The notes: generated by a model not told the origin, from the sequence alone. DNA of 63,211 nucleotides, filler included, from Octopus bimaculoides (GCF_001194135.2; 8 parts of 8 records of this genome joined end to end with filler, not necessarily neighbours in it); one strand, 5' to 3'; positions 13,101 through 24,532 are shown, numbered from the whole stretch's first letter. Program-made: numbers and translations.

Positions 13101-13991
13101 AAATTCACACCAGTCAAGACTTGGCCCTCAAACCATACACCTCTTACAAAAATGAAGCTCGCATTGTTTTACAACATTGTCACCTGATTTACAACATTGT
13201 CACCTGGTTCTGCATTATTCAACTTGATACTCAAAAGAAATAAAAGCAAGAGACCCCTATATCAAATTTATCCAAGAAATATCATACAAACCTCCGACAG
13301 CTGGATATATTTTGGCAAACAACTGCTTCCTAAAACATGACTTCAAAGACAGCTCCAGGTGGTGCTATTACGTTAGACATGGCCTGGGCCAATAATGACC
13401 GAAACCTATCGAAGTTATCTCAGTTATTTAAAGACATGTTGATTAGACAATAAGGAAGTTGAGGCGCTTACTGTTGTTGGGCTGGGTGTTGACCATCGGC
13501 TGGTCTTGCTTTATAGGCAAAAACCTGACACAGACTGCAACGAGCTGATCATTTGAGTCTATTCTTTGCTATCAAAACTTAGAACCACTATTTTAAGATA
13601 TATCATTGGATAAAGCAGTTATGGGTTACGAGAAAATAATAACAACATTTTAAAAATATTTTGTTTTAATTGGATTGATATTTTTTCTTCACAGACATAA
13701 AGAGGAATATGATATATGTATCTTGGAAAAGTGTCGTTTATTCTAGTTTACGATTAATCTACCCTTGGGTAGACTGTGTGGAGCCGGTCGGCTAGATTGT
13801 TAATTTAATTCAAATTAACTGAAATTAACAATTGTCAAACACTATGTCACACAGATATCTGCCTGAGGATTGCGTTATTATGACTACAGGTGGCTCAATA
13901 TGCAGTTCCGAGGATCAAAGAAGTGAACTGTTTATCGTCGTCGAAAACAGAAGGCTACTTGTATAGGCAAACACGCGCGCACACACACACA

Positions 13992-14039
<48 letters not shown>

Positions 14040-14286
14040 CATAATTCAATATGTATAAATTGACATAGAACCTTATAGCTGTTGGTAACATAAAAATATA
14101 TTTCGAGATATATGGTAGGCAAGCACAAATACCAGATACCGGATATATGCAGACATAGAGATACAGACAAACACACACAAACTTACACACAAAACATCAA
14201 TAAGGGAGAGATGGGGGAAGAAACGCACAAATAATTGTGCGTTAAGATTGTCAACAAACTGTCAAAAAATATACATACAGCTACAT

Positions 14287-14326
<40 letters not shown>

Positions 14327-15610
14327 ACACACAAATATATGTACAGCCACGTACGTAAACTGAATGCCTAGATATATGGATAATAGATGAATATTTTATG
14401 TATTTGTATGAAATAACACGCATGTAAGAATGTTTGAATAAAGAAATATACTAATATTTAAAGATTATTATTGAACTATGCACGTTAGCATATGTGCAAA
14501 TATAAAATGAGTGAATATGTATGTATGCGTGTGTGCGCGCGCGTATANNNNNNNNNNNNNNNNNNNNNNNNNNNNNNNNNNNNNNNNNNNNNNNNNNNNN
14601 NNNNNNNNNNNNNNNNNNNNNNNNNNNNNNNNNNNNNNNNNNNNNNNNNNNNNNNNNNNNNNNNNNNNNNNNNNNNNNNNNNNNNNNNNNNNNNNNNNNN
14701 NNNNNNNNNNNNNNNNNNNNNNNNNNNNNNNNNNNNNNNNNNNNNNNNNNNNNNNNNNNNNNNNNNNNNNNNNNNNNNNNNNNNNNNNNNNNNNNNNNNN
14801 NNNNNNNNNNNNNNNNNNNNNNNNNNNNNNNNNNNNNNNNNNNNNNNNNNNNNNNNNNNNNNNNNNNNNNNNNNNNNNNNNNNNNNNNNNNNNNNNNNNN
14901 NNNNNNNNNNNNNNNNNNNNNNNNNNNNNNNNNNNNNNNNNNNNNNNNNNNNNNNNNNNNNNNNNNNNNNNNNNNNNNNNNNNNNNNNNNNNNNNNNNNN
15001 NNNNNNNNNNNNNNNNNNNNNNNNNNNNNNNNNNNNNNNNNNNNNNNNNNNNNNNNNNNNNNNNNNNNNNNNNNNNNNNNNNNNNNNNNNNNNNNNNNNN
15101 NNNNNNNNNNNNNNNNNNNNNNNNNNNNNNNNNNNNNNNNNNNNNNNNNNNNNNNNNNNNNNNNNNNNNNNNNNNNNNNNNNNNNNNNNNNNNNNNNNNN
15201 NNNNNNNNNNNNNNNNNNNNNNNNNNNNNNNNNNNNNNNNNNNNNNNNNNNNNNNNNNNNNNNNNNNNNNNNNNNNNNNNNNNNNNNNNNNNNNNNNNNN
15301 NNNNNNNNNNNNNNNNNNNNNNNNNNNNNNNNNNNNNNNNNNNNNNNNNNNNNNNNNNNNNNNNNNNNNNNNNNNNNNNNNNNNNNNNNNNNNNNNNNNN
15401 NNNNNNNNNNNNNNNNNNNNNNNNNNNNNNNNNNNNNNNNNNNNNNNNNNNNNNNNNNNNNNNNTATATATATATATGTATATACATATGTATATATGAA
15501 TGTGAGTCTGTCTCTCTCTCTCTCTCTCTACTGTAGTTGCGGGATTTGCTGTGTACATAAACAGACTGGCTACCTGTTCGTTTGAGACTGACCAAGTAAT
15601 GTGTACATCT

Positions 15611-15637
15611 CTGATGAGAACCTATTAAGGCTCGAAA
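15611..15637 (+). ncRNA. Degenerate hammerhead-like core
   Basis: CTGATGA GAACC tattaa GGCTC GAAA; stem II pairs 4 of 5. Stems I and III are not convincing. Confidence 0.4.
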
Positions 15638-15892
15638 ATCAATTTTGTTTAGCATTTTTTCAAACTACGAAGAAATTTGCCATGTGCATATGTCCACAGC
15701 GTAGGTTTGCACACAGACACACACACGCACACACACACACACATACGCACATACATACATACATGTAAGTGTGTGTGTGTAGTTACTGGAGTCACACGAA
15801 GCGGTATTGATCGAATTGTATATGTGTACAATCACATTCAACACATCCGTCCGCGCTCCCATGTGGAAAGACCTTCACTTTGGCGTCCGTAT

Positions 15893-15923
15893 CTGATGAA
15901 GCGTAACTATAAAGAAACGCGTG
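15893..15923 (+). ncRNA. Degenerate hammerhead-like core
   Basis: CTGATGAAG...GAAACGCGT with the palindromic stem III typical of Penelope minimal hammerheads. Stem II is unpaired and G occupies position 17. Confidence 0.35.
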
Positions 15924-16203
15924 TGTCCTATGGTCCGATGACGTCATTTATATGACCAGAATTTTTCTAATGGGTCATTTTCGGCAAAGAAGATCTTCTC
16001 AAGTCCTACTATACACGAACGTATTAAGTATAATTGTATAAATATATGTGTGGTAAGAAGCTTGTTTCCTAACCACATGGAACATTGGGCAAATGTTTTC
16101 TACAATAACCTTGGGTCGACCAAAGCCTTCTGAGTGGATTAGTTTGATGGAAGCTGAAAGAAGCCCGTCGTATGTATATGTAGATATTTGTGTGTGTGTG
16201 TGT

Positions 16204-16235
<32 letters not shown>

Positions 16236-16403
16236 CCTACAACACACACACCCACGCTTGATAACCGGTGTTGTTGTGTTTACGTCACGCAACTTGGCGG
16301 TTCGGCAAAAGGAACCGATAGAGTAAGTACTAGATTTTAATAATCCTACATTATTTACATTATTTACAATTGACGGATATTTGTCATCATCTTGTTTGTT
16401 GTT

Positions 16404-16449
16404 AACACAACGTTTCAGCTGATATACCTTCCAGCCTTCATCAGGTGTC
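16404..16449 (-). ncRNA. Minimal type I hammerhead ribozyme, minus arm of SINE C
   Basis: Minus strand: GACAC CUGAUGA A GGCUG gaagguauau CAGCU GAAAC GU U GUGUU. Confidence 0.7.
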
Positions 16450-16516
16450 TTGTGGAAATTTCGAACCTGGGTTCTCATACCAAAGGTATTGTTCGATGTT
16501 GTTGTTGTTGTTATTA

Positions 16517-16586
<70 letters not shown>

Positions 16587-16747
16587 CATTATTATTCAGG
16601 TCACTACCTGGAATTGAACTCGAAATCTTGGGGTTAGTAGCCCGCGCTCTTAATTACTACGCCATATGCCCGTTGGCATATAATAATAATAATAATAACA
16701 TCGAAAAATACCTTAGGAATGAGAACTCAGGTGCGAAATTTCCCCAA

Positions 16748-16793
16748 GACACCTGATGAAGGCTGGAGGGTATATCAGCCGAAACGTTGTGTT
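16748..16793 (+). ncRNA. Minimal type I hammerhead ribozyme, plus arm of SINE C
   Basis: GACAC (stem I), CTGATGA, extra A, GGCTG-gagggtatat-CAGCC (stem II), GAAAC, GT, T (position 17), GTGTT (stem I). All core bases are intact. Confidence 0.8.
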
Positions 16794-17046
16794 AACAACA
16801 AACAAGATGAGGACAAATATCCGTCAATTGTAAATAATGTAAATAATGTACATAATTCCTCATCTCTTAAATATAGTACTTTAAAAATCCCGGGGACGAT
16901 TTGTTCGACTTAAAATCTTCAAGGCGGTGACCCAGCATGGCCGCAGTCAAATGACTGAAACAAGTAAAAGATATATATATATACCTAGATATAAATACAC
17001 ACACACACACACATACACACACATCTATGCATGTATATACATTATT

Positions 17047-17259
17047 CTTTTATTCTTTTGCTTGTTTCAGTCATCTGACTGCGGCCATGCTGGAACACCG
17101 CCTTTAGTCGAGCAAATCGACCCTAGAACTTATTCTTTGTAAACCTATTACTTCTTCTATCGGTCTCTTTTTGCCGAACCGCTACTTACGGGGAAGTAAA
17201 CACACCAACATCGGTTCTCAAGCGATGGTGGAGGGACAAACACAGACGCAAATAACAAA

Positions 17260-17319
<60 letters not shown>

Positions 17320-17357
17320 ACTGGCTTCTTTCAGTTTCCGACTACCAAAACCACTCA
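17047..17357 (-). mobile_element. SINE B, 5'-truncated
   Basis: Full tail and body, internal (ACAT)/(AT) tract, ends at accactca. Confidence 0.9.
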
Positions 17358-17434
17358 GTCCTGGGGTCGATTTGTTCGACTAAAGGCGGTGCTCCTGCAT
17401 AGCTACAGTCAAATGACTGAAACAAGTAAAAAAG
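17358..17434 (+). mobile_element. SINE B 3' end, inverted and fused to the preceding copy
   Basis: gtcctggggtcgatttgttcgactaaaggcggtgctcc...gactgaaacaagtaaa. Confidence 0.85.
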
Positions 17435-17910
17435 CAAAAGAATGTATATATACACACACACTACATACTACATTCACACAAACAAGTGCACTTACGCTTG
17501 TAATGCACCAAACTGTGGTTTCTTTGCATATATCTAAACACACAGACAAGCACACCCAGAAATACATGTACTTACATGTATATACGCGCGCGCGCATGTA
17601 TGTGTTTGTGTAGGTGTGAGTGTGTGCGTTGGTGTCCGTCCGTTGTATGTGAATACACACTTATAATTCTATACAAATGGATAATGCGTACAATGAAATA
17701 TGAAGAGGTTGTATGATAAATCCCTTTTAATGATGTGATACCAACAAACACGAGGAAAATAATCGATTTTTGTATCTACATGGGGATTGCTGTTACAATT
17801 CACTGATTAAAATTGAGTTTTAATATCGGATTCGGAAACAAGATTACTTTATATATTTATTTCTTTATGTGTTTGATTGCAAACACATACTATATCTCCC
17901 TCTCTCTTTC

Positions 17911-17965
<55 letters not shown>

Positions 17966-19328
17966 TACACACACATAAATACATATATGTATATATACAT
18001 ACATACTCATATATATACATACATGCATATACATGTGTATGCATATACATACATACGCGTACATACATATACATACATATACATATATATACACATACAT
18101 ACATACATACATATACATGCATACATACACATACACATACATATATATATTTACATACGTCTATATACATATATATATACGTATATATATATATACATAT
18201 ATATACATACATATATATACATATACATACATATATATATATATACATATATATGCATATACATAGATATACATACATNNNNNNNNNNNNNNNNNNNNNN
18301 NNNNNNNNNNNNNNNNNNNNNNNNNNNNNNNNNNNNNNNNNNNNNNNNNNNNNNNNNNNNNNNNNNNNNNNNNNNNNNNNNNNNNNNNNNNNNNNNNNNN
18401 NNNNNNNNNNNNNNNNNNNNNNNNNNNNNNNNNNNNNNNNNNNNNNNNNNNNNNNNNNNNNNNNNNNNNNNNNNNNNNNNNNNNNNNNNNNNNNNNNNNN
18501 NNNNNNNNNNNNNNNNNNNNNNNNNNNNNNNNNNNNNNNNNNNNNNNNNNNNNNNNNNNNNNNNNNNNNNNNNNNNNNNNNNNNNNNNNNNNATATATAT
18601 TTAGAGAGAGAGAGAGAGAGTGAGTGAGAGACAGAGAGAGAGAGAGAGGTAGTAACTTTTCATAAAGTCGAAGTTTGGTGTAGAATAGTATAGATAGAAT
18701 GAGACGTTTACGGGTTTGTGAGTGATTGAGTGAATGCTATGCATGCGCAAATACGTAAGTGCTAGAGCACAAAAGCGAAAGTGCAGAGAGAAAGGAGTGG
18801 AAGCCAGGTGAGCGTGAACGGCCAGAATAGACACGAACCAACAGACTGACAAACACCGCACAAACAGATAAAAGTACAAACAGAAAGACAATATAATGCA
18901 TAGTTCATCACATGAGCTGTCGACCCAAAAGTTATAACTCATTTGTGGCATAAAATATGGACGAAATAAAGTAATTAACTGCCTTAGTATTAATTAATTG
19001 CATTTAATTAAATGGGTTGGTATTTGTAGCGGCAATGCAAGTGAAATTAAAATAAATTACTTTGATGTGTTAATTAAACACAGGTTTATTCTGAGAGAGG
19101 AAATGTGTACAAAGATAATAAAATAATTTTACTCAAACTCACATTGTTGTACGGTATAAAGTTGTGCGTTTGTGTATATGTATGCATGTGTGAATGCGTG
19201 TGTATGTTGTGTACGAGTGTGTGAAAGACACACGTATCCACAGTATATGTATTTGCTTATGTATATGTATGTGTGCGAATATTTCTGAAATTATATCTCT
19301 CTATAGATACTTAATTAGGGGTGTTTAT

Positions 19329-19402
<74 letters not shown>

Positions 19403-19681
19403 ATGTGTAATTCTCTTTTGGAACAATGAATCTCGAAGGAGATAGAGCTATAAACAACAGAGTGTAAATACTAGGTTAAGATAAGCCCATGGAGAGAAAA
19501 TGTCGAAAAAGACTTTTTCTGTTCATAGAGACTGTTTAGCTCAATACTTAGTCGCTATAGTTTATAGCATTGTCTGATTCGAGATTTACTATTCCAAAAA
19601 GGAATTATTTAAGATTGTCTCGATAGCCTCTTCATTTTCATAGCATCAAATATATTTATATCTATCTATCTATCTATCTCT

Positions 19682-19779
<98 letters not shown>

Positions 19780-19872
19780 TTATTTATTTATGGGTTTCAG
19801 CCAAGTGGCTCTGGTCATGCTGGAGCACCACCGTGATTTTCCGTCTTTATGCTGTGCTCTTTTCACGTTCCT

Positions 19873-19972
19873 NNNNNNNNNNNNNNNNNNNNNNNNNNNN
19901 NNNNNNNNNNNNNNNNTTAATTAATTAANNNNNNNNNNNNNNNNNNNNNNNNNNNNNNNNNNNNNNNNNNNN
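19873..19972. other. Artificial 100-bp scaffold-join gap
   Basis: Linker at 19917-19928. Confidence 0.95.
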
Positions 19973-20049
19973 TATATATATATATATATATGTAGGTATG
20001 CATATATATGTATGTAACTATTTGTGTATCTACGGTTCTCGCCCATCTG

Positions 20050-20228
20050 TGTCTGACAGCTGATGCTGGTGTGTTTACGTCCCCGTAACTTAGCAGTATG
20101 GCAAACTATACTGATAGAATAAGCACTAGACTTACAAAGAATAAGTTCTTGTGTCGATTTATTCGGCTGAAGGCGGCGCTCCAGCATGGCCGCAGTCAAA
20201 TGACTGAAACGAGTGAAAGAATAAAAGA
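20050..20228 (+). mobile_element. SINE B 3' half
   Basis: gctggtgtgtttacgtccccgtaacttagc...ccagcatggccgcagtcaaatgactgaaac. Confidence 0.9.
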
Positions 20229-21254
20229 ATATATGAAAGTGTTATGAAAGTGTAGCAAATCTAACGGCGGTGCCCCAGTATGGCCGTAGCTCTCGAGCTG
20301 AAACTAGTAAAAGTATAGAAGAAAAAAGATTTATATATCTGTCTATACATACATACATACATACATACACACACATACATACATACATACATAGTACATA
20401 CATACATACATACATACATACATACACATACACATATACACAGAGACATATGTGTATACACATACACGCAAACTCGCACACGACCACAGTGTGTGTATGT
20501 GTGTGTATACGTATATACACATCCATGCACAAACGCACACACATATCCACACACATCCATACGCACTCTTCAAACACGTACACAGACACATAGACATATA
20601 CAAACACACATCCACACGCACATCCACGTGTGGGAGCGAGCTTTTCCCCACAGCAGATAGAAGAATCAATGTAATCAGTCACATCCACAAACGTTGTGTA
20701 GACCACAGCATACTGTTAACCAATATCAACAACAACAACAACAACAACAACAGTAACAGCTCATTGTTTTTATTTTGTCATGGTCCAGTTGAACAAACAG
20801 ATTTATACCAGTCAATAAATTCATCCAGCAGAAGATTAATGTTACTAAGCCTTTCCTATAAAAATGCCTCTGGTTATGAGTTCAAACCACGCGCGGCAAA
20901 CATCAAGATTTTTTTTACTTGCTTTTTTTTTTTGGTGATATATACGAAAACGAAAGTAGAAATATACCATATATATATATATGGTATATTTCTACTTTCG
21001 TATATATAATTTGTATGTTACTCTTTTTGTTTTTATGTTTATATATGAGAATATCCTTTATTTATTTATTTGCATTGTTTTATTATTTTATTATGCTTTG
21101 TTTTACGTTTAGTCATATGTTTTTTCCCTGCTATTTTTCTTTTTAATTGCTTCTTTTATTCTATACTCAATTGTTTGATTTCCGGTCTATGTATGCATAT
21201 ATATACATATATATATATATGTGAGTGTGTGTGTGTGTGTGTGTATAACATATA

Positions 21255-21328
<74 letters not shown>

Positions 21329-22125
21329 CACACACACATATATGACTGTTTATCTCACCATGTATGTATATATTTACTATAGTTATATATATTGTTTCTG
21401 TTCATGTATTTTCTTTTCTTCCACTCGCCTCCCCCGCCGCATATCCTATCTCCGCTGTCATAGGATCATGAAGTGGTCTCTCTATCAACGTAAATATGTA
21501 AATATTGGCAAAAGAGAATTGTGTTTTGGCAAAAAACAAAATGGAAGCAAAAAAAATCTATATAATGTTATCTCTCTTTTCCCCTTCACCCTCTTACGTA
21601 AATATGTGTCTTTTATTATATATACGTATATATATTATTTTATTGCCTTTTGTTGTTATCTGAGATAGATGTGAGGAGCTTGTAGTGATGTGGGCGGTTC
21701 TGTACAGTAGCGGCGATGGTGGTGGTAGTGGTTGTAGCGGTGTTGGGGGTTGAGATAGAGGTGGTCGTGGTGGTAGTGGTTGGTGAAGTAAAGCTGTGAC
21801 CGAAGCAGTTGCACTTGTTCACAGTCTTAGTCAGAACAGTAAATATACTCATTGCACGTGTGCATGTATGTATATGTGTGTGTGTCTATGTCTTTGTCTG
21901 TGCTTATGTATATATGTGTTTGAGTGTGTATGTGTGTACGGATATGTGTGTGTGTATATGCGTTTGTGTGTACACATAATATACATGAGTTGCCTGTATC
22001 TATGTAGAAATGTATATCTTCATATATTTGCATTTGTGTGTATTTGTGTGTGTGTTTTGTCAATATATTTATGTATACATGCATTTATAAAACGCTTTAA
22101 GGAATATTGGACTTAGCCGCATTCA

Positions 22126-22165
22126 CCATTATTGACCATTATTGACCAATATTGACCAATATTGA
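22126..22165 (+). repeat. 10-bp tandem repeat, 4 copies
   Basis: ccattattga twice, then ccaatattga twice. Confidence 0.9.
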
Positions 22166-22431
22166 ACTGCAGCTTTATGAAATTATCGCAAAATCATATC
22201 GTTTTCTCTAAGCAGGATTACAGAGGCTCAGTGACGAACCACTCGCATCTGATAGATATCACGCTACTGTTTTCTCGCAGCCCTGCCTTCCGCTCTGTAT
22301 TTTAGGCGCTTGCAGCAATAAGGATCTGTAGTTACAGACATGATTCATATTTAGGATTAATCTTGAAGACATATGACTAAAGGCGTTCCAGCGATGACCA
22401 TCACCAATAATGTATATCTAATCTGGTATAT

Positions 22432-22819
22432 TTTGTTGTTGGCACTCCGTCGCTTACGACGTCGGGGGTTCCAGTCGATCCGATCAACGGAACAGCCTGC
22501 TCGTGAAATTAACGTGCAAGTGGCTGAGCACTCCACAGACACGTGTACCCTTAACGTAGTTCTCGGGGATATTCAGCGTGACACAGTGTGACAAGGCTGG
22601 TCCTTTGAAATACAGGTACAACAGAAGCAGGGAGAAAGAGTGAGAGAAAGTTGTGGTGGAAGAGTACAGCAGGGTTCGCCACCATCCCCTGCCGGAGCCT
22701 CGTGGAGCTTTTAGGTGTTTTCGCTCAATAAACACTCACAATGCCCGGTCTGGGAATCAAAACCGCGATCCTATGACCGCGAGTCCGCTACCCTAACCAC
22801 TGGGCCATTGCGCCTCCAC
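22432..22819 (-). mobile_element. Full-length tRNA-derived SINE E with a 12-bp TSD
   Basis: Head gtggaggcgcaatggcccagtggttagg with a B-box-like segment; (CAA)n tail; TSD aatctggtatat at 22420-22431 and 22820-22831. Confidence 0.92.
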
Positions 22820-23019
22820 AATCTGGTATATATACGCAAGTGAAACAGCATTAAATCAAAATAGCCATCTATCTGTCATACTTAATGTATTTACACCGTT
22901 GATAGGCCACCTACTGCATTATTTGTCTTGGAATAATATCTCTTATCTATTTAGTATGTTAAAAGCACAATAATATCAGAGTAAGATGAAAATTCGTCAC
23001 GGAAGCATCTAGAGAGGAT

Positions 23020-23058
23020 GCCAGATGCGTTTCGGTCTTTTTGGACCTTTTTAATGGC
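23020..23058 (-). ncRNA. Decayed minimal hammerhead motif
   Basis: Minus strand: GCCA [UUAAAAA] GGUC caaaaa GACC GAAAC GC AU C UGGC. Both stems are perfect; the core differs from CUGAAGA by three transitions. Confidence 0.5.
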
Positions 23059-23134
23059 AAGTACACAGGGTTTTTCTATATTTTATTTCGTGCCGTATAT
23101 TAGCTCACTCCCTTCTTCAAATCGACGTTGCCTC

Positions 23135-23290
23135 AACAGGTGCACTGTGTAATACGCTTCAAAGGTAGAAGTGATCGCAGAAAAACCTGAGATGAGGTGT
23201 TTTGTTCAAGGACACAACAACGCACCACTCGGTCTAAGGAATTGACCGATCCTAAGTACAACACCCTAACCATTAGACTATGTGCCCTCA
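23135..23290 (-). mobile_element. Degenerate tRNA-SINE 5' part
   Basis: gaggtgttttgttcaaggacacaacaacgcacc...caccctaaccattag. Confidence 0.6.
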
Positions 23291-23309
23291 AACACATACA
23301 CACAAACAC

Positions 23310-23590
23310 ACACACATGGTTAAAGTGTAGTACTCACGATCGTGGGATCGTAGTTTCAATTCCTAGACCGGGTGGTGTGTTGTGTTCGTGAACAAAACAC
23401 TTCATCTCACGATGCTCTGTGATCACTTCGACACTTGACGTGTGGTACACCATGCACCTGTTCAGGTAACGTCGATTTAATAGAAAGAGTGAGCTAAAGT
23501 GTGGCATGAACATTTGATCACTATAAACGAATCATTTGTGCTGGTCATTCGGCAAGCTGAACGCTCATACGTGATCATCGACTTGAGTCC
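23310..23590 (+). mobile_element. tRNA-SINE, head-to-head with the previous copy
   Basis: tggttaaagtgtagtactcacgatcgtgggatcgtagtttcaattcctagaccggg...gaacaaaacacttcatctc. Confidence 0.7.
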
Positions 23591-23604
23591 GTCACACACA
23601 CACA

Positions 23605-23681
<77 letters not shown>

Positions 23682-24038
23682 GAAATAATAGAAACGTAAA
23701 ATGGAAAATTCGAGAATCTTTATTGCTCACAACGTTCGTTTCGACCCATGCTGCATCAATCCTTCGCGGTTGGGATACTGTGAAACAGGGTTGTGGTGCA
23801 ACCTTCGGTGCAAAAGCGTCTCGTTAGGTGAGTTTACAAGGGTATCTCGTTATATACTCGACGAACAGTGAGGAATTTCTGGGATAGATCTAACGACAAT
23901 TGTGTAAATACCGTGGATGACGTCAGGTAGCCATAGGCGGTGAACGTGCTTCATCTACTAGGTACCTACCCGGAGCTTAAATAAATACTTATATACATAT
24001 ATGTATGTATGTACGTACGTATGTACATATGTATGTAT

Positions 24039-24407
24039 CAGGGACGTGCCGCCTGGGTAGGCAAGGGAGGCAGTGCCTACCCTGAATAAAATAGATCGAT
24101 AGTAATATTTTCCTTTCATGACAAAATAAGAATCTAATTCAATAAAATTATGAATTTACTCTGATTACTATGCATAAAATACAAACTATTTTATTTATTT
24201 ATTTCTTTTTGTAAATTTCGTAGGTATAATTTGTCTCTGTCTTTCAACCTCAGAACACGTGCTACGTACATTCCTACAACCTTTTCTTTATACGCCGTAT
24301 ACTCAGTCGCGCGCCCGTCTTTCGCTTATTTTTTTTTTGTGTGTGTGTTTTACTACATAAACGTCACTAATCGCCTACCCTGAATAATTGCTGACGGCAC
24401 GGGCCTG
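24039..24407. mobile_element. MITE, hAT-like
   Basis: TIRs cagggacgtgccg and cggcacgggcctg (11/13). Direct subterminal repeat gcctaccctgaataa near both ends. No clean 8-bp TSD. Confidence 0.7.
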
Positions 24408-24532
24408 GTACCATTTTTTATCCATTTCCAAGTAAGTTTATGTATGTATGTATGTATGTATGTATGTATGTATGTATGTATGTATGTATGTATGTATGTA
24501 GGTAGGTAGGTAGGTAGGCAGGTATGCATGAA

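Larger units (their letters stand above)
16347..16879. mobile_element. Fold-back insertion of SINE C (tRNA head, (TAA)n, Penelope-like hammerhead tail)
   Basis: Full minus copy 16347-16671; plus arm 16675-16879 lacks the tRNA body. Centre ATATGCC-cgtt-GGCATAT. Candidate 11-bp TSD tttaataatcc (16336-16346) and tttaaaaatcc (16880-16890). Confidence 0.85.
16047..16970 (+). mobile_element. SINE B interrupted by a 533-bp insertion
   Basis: Head and body run to about 16346; the tail resumes at 16880 (cggggacgatttgttcgac...atgactgaaacaagtaaaag). Confidence 0.85.

Noticed and set aside
16590-16671. SINE heads (also 22745-22819 and 43612-43685) as functional tRNA genes
   Set aside because: Acceptor and anticodon stems are broken and each continues into a SINE body.
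18990-18999. Natural TTAATTAATT resembling the assembly linker
   Set aside because: It is not flanked by Ns and is incomplete; ordinary AT-rich sequence.
23715-23765. Hammerhead-like TTGATGCA...CGAAACG followed by AATAAA on the minus strand
   Set aside because: The core has two mismatches and stem II does not pair. It may be an old Penelope end, but I cannot support that.
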